Source: Naegleria gruberi
Lineage: Eukaryota
Strand: one strand, 5' to 3'
DNA length: 2,326 nt
NCBI GenBank assembly: GCA_000004985.1
Contig: GG739270.1
In this document: one piece after another, positions 1 through 2,326 of the stretch
How positions within the stretch are numbered: position 1 is the stretch's first letter
Layout: each line of letters starts with the position of its first letter
Notes under the pieces: model-generated
The model's input: only the letters and a program-made list of their open reading frames with translations
What the model was told of the DNA's origin: nothing
Databases searched by the model: none
Position numbers and translations under genes: made by a program

Positions 1-162
1 AAGAAGGAAGTTAAGGCAATCGCAACCTTGATCGATAGAGATTGCTCCAAGTCGATTTGTTTTGAAGAGTTTTATATTTGGTGGATTAAATTGAGTGGAT
101 CGGGATTTTCTACATTGACTAAGAAGGTTAAAATGTTGACTGCTGCTTATGATAGTTTTGTT
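1..162 (+). CDS. EF-hand calcium-binding protein, penultimate exon; 5' end lies upstream of the window
   Basis: Frame 1 is the only open frame from base 1. Translation: KKEVKAIATLIDRDCSKSICFEEFYIWWIKLSGSGFSTLTKKVKMLTAAYDSFV. It contains a canonical 12-residue EF-hand loop, DRDCSKSICFEE (D-x-D-x-S...E at position 12), flanked by hydrophobic helices. The exon ends on a complete codon (GTT 160-162), immediately before GTATGT. Confidence 0.75.
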
Positions 163-238
163 GTATGTTGTTGTTATTTAATATTTAATATTTAATATAT
201 AATTATTTTATCATCACAAATATTAAATGTTGATAAAG
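163..238 (+). other. Spliceosomal intron, 76 nt, phase 0. Donor GTATGT at 163-168. Acceptor AG at 237-238, the only AG in the interval.
   Basis: If unspliced, frame 1 hits TAA at 193-195. Splicing 162 to 239 keeps the frame and gives ...LTAAYDSFV|NFDKDKSGFLDFPEEF..., a complete helix-loop-helix EF-hand. The intron is ~85% AT and contains (TATTTAA)3. A possible branch-point A lies in TATTAAAT, about 16 nt upstream of the AG. No TACTAAC is present. Confidence 0.7.
175..195. repeat. Perfect (TATTTAA)x3 heptamer microsatellite inside the intron
   Basis: tatttaa tatttaa tatttaa read directly at 175-181, 182-188 and 189-195, followed by tatataat. Confidence 0.85.
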
Positions 239-427
239 AATTTCGATAAAGATAAAAGTGGATTTTTGGATTTCCCTGAAGAATTTGATCAATTCTATCA
301 AGCCTATTTCCAAGATGCTGGTGATGCTACTCATTCTAAAGAACAAGTTGCTAAAGAGCTTGACAAGGATGGAGATGGAAAAGTTTCATTCCAAGAATTG
401 GTTCAAATTTTAGGAATTTTAAACTAA
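239..427 (+). CDS. EF-hand calcium-binding protein, terminal exon (two EF-hand loops; stop TAA at 425-427)
   Basis: Frame-2 translation from 239: NFDKDKSGFLDFPEEFDQFYQAYFQDAGDATHSKEQVAKELDKDGDGKVSFQELVQILGILN*. Loops DKDKSGFLDFPE and DKDGDGKVSFQE fit the EF-hand consensus. The protein ends 9 residues after the last loop, as in calmodulin-like C-termini. The track ORF 227-427 overlaps this exon, but its ATG at 227 lies inside the inferred intron. Confidence 0.8.
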   Translation, partial: NFDKDKSGFLDFPEEFDQFYQAYFQDAGDATHSKEQVAKELDKDGDGKVSFQELVQILGILN

Positions 428-745
428 ACTCCAACTATTAGAAACATTTCAATTATTTCATTATCAAACAAATTATGTATTTTAAAATTCAAGGGGGGGG
501 AGAGTGAAGTAAAATGTTGAGTGCATCGAAAAATAATCGGAAAATAATTTTCTAATCAACCACCTTCTGGTTATTATATTTATGAAATGCTGTATGTTGC
601 AATTCGTTGGTTTGCATCGTTTTCTTCGTACGTTCAATACAGTTCCTAATTTATAAATTCCTGATTTATTTAATTCCTTAAAAATAATTTGGGAATACAA
701 GAAAAGAAAATTATGATCTTGAAATCCAACGATTTTTTTGTATCC

Positions 746-751
746 AATAAA
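746..751 (+). terminator. Candidate polyadenylation signal (AATAAA) for the EF-hand gene
   Basis: This is the first canonical AATAAA hexamer downstream of the TAA stop (425-427), about 320 nt into the 3' flank. AT-rich T-runs follow it. Other A-rich elements (AATAAT near 527-532) lie closer to the stop. The true poly(A) site cannot be determined from sequence alone. Confidence 0.2.
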
Positions 752-906
752 ACATAAGTTTTCGTAATTGTATCATATTGAAAGGTTCCTTGTGAGCTAT
801 AATAGATGGCAAATTCATTAAATTCATTTGTTACTTTTCTAACTGTTCATTTTTAAAGATGAAAGATGAAAAGTATTTTTAAGAAAATTATTACAAAAAA
901 TGTATT

Positions 907-1013
907 ACAACGAAGGTTTATTTTCTGACACAACGAAATCAAGATTTCAACCTCTTGATTTTTGTAAGTGCCCTTATTACATGAATTAACACGATTTGAG
1001 AATAGTTATTTTT
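907..1013. repeat. Degenerate direct repeat, copy A (ACAACGAAGG ... GATTTGAGAATAGTTATTTTTGAG)
   Basis: acaacgaagg occurs at 907-916 and again at 1115-1124. acaacgaa also occurs at 929-936. gatttgagaatagttattttt (993-1013) matches gatttgaggatagctattttt (1178-1198) with 2 mismatches in 21 nt. The same motif order recurs about 185-208 nt downstream. Confidence 0.5.
937..960. repeat. 8-bp inverted repeat (hairpin): AATCAAGA / 8-nt loop / TCTTGATT, followed by a T5 run
   Basis: aatcaaga (937-944) is the exact reverse complement of tcttgatt (953-960). The loop is tttcaacc. It lies inside repeat copy A and is immediately followed by tttttgtaagt. Confidence 0.45.
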
Positions 1014-1114
1014 GAGTTGTTACTCATATCTCAAGAACGAAAGTTAGCCATCCACTTCTCACATTGTAATGACATTAACAAGGGAAAAAAGATGGTTTAA
1101 AAAATTCGTACTGC

Positions 1115-1198
1115 ACAACGAAGGAAGGTTTTAAAGGTTTCGTATTTTCAAATGTTGGAGTTTATGTAATTTAAGAGGATTTGAGGATAGCTATTTTT
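1115..1198. repeat. Degenerate direct repeat, copy B
   Basis: See copy A. The shared end motifs are in the same order and orientation. The internal spacer is shorter (84 vs 107 nt) and diverged. Confidence 0.5.
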
Positions 1199-1416
1199 TT
1201 GTTTCCTCGTATTTATTTTTTTTGATACTTCCTAAATTGTAATTGTGTTTTAGCTCAAAATTTAATTCTGAAAATACCTTGTCTGCAATAACTACTTCAC
1301 AAAATCGAATAATTACAAGATGGGGAACATATCAACGAGTGGTATAACGTATTAGAATCGATAAATATTTTAAAAACATTGTCTTCGGCTCTGAGAGTAC
1401 CCATTTGCTTACATTC

Positions 1417-1423
1417 TATAAAT
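1417..1423 (+). promoter_or_regulatory. Consensus TATAAAT element (distal; ~280 nt upstream of ATG 1701)
   Basis: tataaat read directly at 1417-1423. Its distance from the ATG makes it a possible upstream/alternative TATA. A fungal-type promoter with a long 5' UTR would place a TATA about there. Confidence 0.2.
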
Positions 1424-1574
1424 CAAGAAGCACTCTCTTAAATTTTAATCAATATTAATAAAATTCATGTGTTGTTAGAAATGTTACTGATTGTGTGAAT
1501 CATAATGTTGTATATTTATTTTAAAAACATATATCAACTTGGAACCATTCAGTGAAATCTCAACATTTACGCCT

Positions 1575-1604
1575 GGCCAATACCACTAAAACTTTCCGCC
1601 CCCC
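1575..1604 (+). promoter_or_regulatory. CCAAT box (1577-1581) plus GC box (CCGCCCCCC, 1596-1604) in a GC-richer island of the spacer
   Basis: ggCCAATaccactaaaactttCCGCCCCCCtg. The reverse complement of the C-run contains GGGCGG. The two motifs are 15 nt apart and sit about 100-125 nt upstream of ATG 1701. This arrangement is typical of RNA polymerase II proximal promoters (NF-Y/HAP and Sp1-like sites). Confidence 0.3.
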
Positions 1605-1621
1605 TGTTAAAATTTAATATC

Positions 1622-1640
1622 ATTTAAATTAAAATACTAA
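1622..1640 (+). promoter_or_regulatory. TATA-like AT element (tttaaattaaaatactaaa) about 60-80 nt upstream of ATG 1701
   Basis: An AT-only stretch lies immediately downstream of the CCAAT/GC island and upstream of the A-rich leader (cattaaaaaaaATG). The position is consistent with a core promoter element for the downstream gene. Confidence 0.25.
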
Positions 1641-1700
1641 AATTTTTATTGATCTTCTTTTACCACCATCAAATGTCACCTGCCAAAAACATTAAAAAAA

Positions 1701-2326
1701 ATGAGCATGTCAAATGGCCTGGGAGATCTAAACAACTCCCAATCCAATCTGATGAAACTGGCCACTCTCAACTCATCCTTCCAACAACAACAATCCATCG
1801 ACCAAGACATGGGCACCTTTGAGAAGAAACTTGCCGCCGAAGCCGAAGCCTTCGAGAGAGCCTTGATCGAGGAAACCTCGCAACCTCTCCGTCGTGCACT
1901 CCAACGTTACGAATTCTATACGCGCCAAGAGGAACAACGTCAGGAGAGGAAGAGAGAGTTGGGTTCATTGGTGAAGAGAAAAGAGCGCGGTTTTCAGCAA
2001 TATACTACTACTCAGCAACGGCTAGAGAAAAAATGTTCCACCTCGAATCATCACGATTACGATGCCTATTTGTGTTTGGGTCAAGGAGGACAGTTGGTAG
2101 AGAAGAATTATTATGGTCCCTTGTTGGTGTATAGTAGTAATAGTAGTGCTTCTAATAATTCATCATCGGATGGTCAGGATGAAGAGGAGAGTTTGATATT
2201 GAATAAGAAACACTCTGATCATCATCACCATCATGAAAAATCTGAAGAGACAATGGATGAACATCATTCGGATGATGATTTGATTCATGAAGCTATTTTG
2301 GAGGAACAAAAACACTTGATTGAAAC
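1701..2326 (+). CDS. Uncharacterised low-complexity protein. Poly-Q, a charged/basic predicted helical segment, Ser/Asn-rich and His-rich tracts. N-terminal part only; the ORF runs off the 3' end of the window.
   Basis: I checked every frame-3 codon from ATG 1701 to 2326 and found no stop (208 codons plus 2 nt). The upstream in-frame stop is TGA at 1650-1652, and 1701 is the first in-frame ATG. The context aaaaaaaATGa has a strong -3 A. Translation: MSMSNGLGDLNNSQSNLMKLATLNSSFQQQQSIDQDMGTFEKKLAAEAEAFERALIEETSQPLRRALQRYEFYTRQEEQRQERKRELGSLVKRKERGFQQYTTTQQRLEKKCSTSNHHDYDAYLCLGQGGQLVEKNYYGPLLVYSSNSSASNNSSSDGQDEEESLILNKKHSDHHHHHEKSEETMDEHHSDDDLIHEAILEEQKHLIE... The ORF track omits it only because it has no stop within the window. 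Confidence 0.8.
   Translation, partial: MSMSNGLGDLNNSQSNLMKLATLNSSFQQQQSIDQDMGTFEKKLAAEAEAFERALIEETSQPLRRALQRYEFYTRQEEQRQERKRELGSLVKRKERGFQQYTTTQQRLEKKCSTSNHHDYDAYLCLGQGGQLVEKNYYGPLLVYSSNSSASNNSSSDGQDEEESLILNKKHSDHHHHHEKSEETMDEHHSDDDLIHEAILEEQKHLIE

Noticed and set aside
227-238. ATG at 227 as the true start of a 66-aa standalone EF-hand protein
   Set aside because: The upstream frame-1 ORF already encodes an EF-hand and joins in frame through a GTATGT...AG intron. Met227-Asn230 (MLIK) would then be intron sequence, and the standalone model would give an unpaired, truncated EF-hand protein.
493-500. G-quadruplex at the G8 run
   Set aside because: A single G-tract cannot form an intramolecular G4. 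There are no additional G-runs within ~50 nt.
482-700. 72-aa minus-strand ORF (MYSQIIFKELNKSGIYKLGTV...)
   Set aside because: It lies wholly within AT-rich spacer. Its composition is dominated by I/F/K/N/Y/R, as expected from random AT-rich DNA. It has no recognisable domain and no convincing start context. Most likely a chance ORF.
1091-1115. ggtttaaaaaattcgtactgc as a possible nematode spliced-leader (SL1-like ggtttaattacccaagtttgag) gene
   Set aside because: Only the first 7 nt match. There is no Sm-site and no downstream GT donor arrangement typical of SL RNA genes.
1338-1362. tRNA-like fragment (gagtggtataacgtattagaatcg, resembling a D-loop AGTGGTA)
   Set aside because: There is no T-loop GTTCGA/GGTTCRA motif and no acceptor-stem complementarity. 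No cloverleaf can be drawn, and the region is not flanked by a Pol III T-run terminator at the right distance.
1768-1968. 66-aa minus-strand ORF antisense to the downstream gene
   Set aside because: It sits exactly on the GC-rich (~55% GC) part of the plus-strand CDS, where stops are rare on the opposite strand. It is Arg/Leu/Ser-rich, as expected for a shadow ORF. No independent evidence supports it.
1-2326. Prokaryotic defence/mobile 'system' (operon, CRISPR array, toxin-antitoxin, integron)
   Set aside because: There are no tandem spacer-repeat arrays, no compact multi-gene operon and no RBS-led ORFs. The GT..AG intron, the >1-kb AT-rich spacer, the A-rich Kozak-like leaders and the low-complexity Q/N/S/H-rich coding sequence all indicate a eukaryotic nuclear locus.

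Overview
This window looks eukaryotic rather than prokaryotic. It has AT-rich non-coding DNA, a short GT..AG intron that splits a coding region, A-rich context before the ATGs and low-complexity coding sequence. I see no prokaryotic operon, CRISPR array or defence-system architecture. Three parts stand out. (i) Positions 1-427 are the 3' end of a gene for an EF-hand Ca2+-binding protein. Exon 1 (1-162) joins exon 2 (239-427) through a 76-nt GTATGT...AG intron. The 66-aa ORF the track reports at 227 actually starts inside that intron. (ii) Positions 428-1700 are a ~1.27-kb AT-rich spacer. It contains a degenerate ~100-bp direct repeat carrying ACAACGAA(GG) motifs. Its last ~130 nt hold a GC-richer island with CCAAT, a GC box and a TATA-like element. 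(iii) An open reading frame starts at ATG 1701 and runs past the window end (>=208 codons). It encodes a protein with poly-Q, a basic/charged helical segment, Ser/Asn-rich and His-rich tracts, and no family I recognise. Its first ~290 nt are ~55% GC and the rest ~30-35% GC. Codon bias (TTG, AGA, GGT/GGA, CAA, GAT) and the GTATGT donor suggest a fungus or another short-intron AT-rich eukaryote. No TACTAAC branch point is present, which argues against budding yeasts. I cannot assign the organism and I see no evidence of a novel 'system'. The noteworthy items are annotation-level: the split EF-hand gene, the promoter architecture, the repeats and the compositional mosaic.
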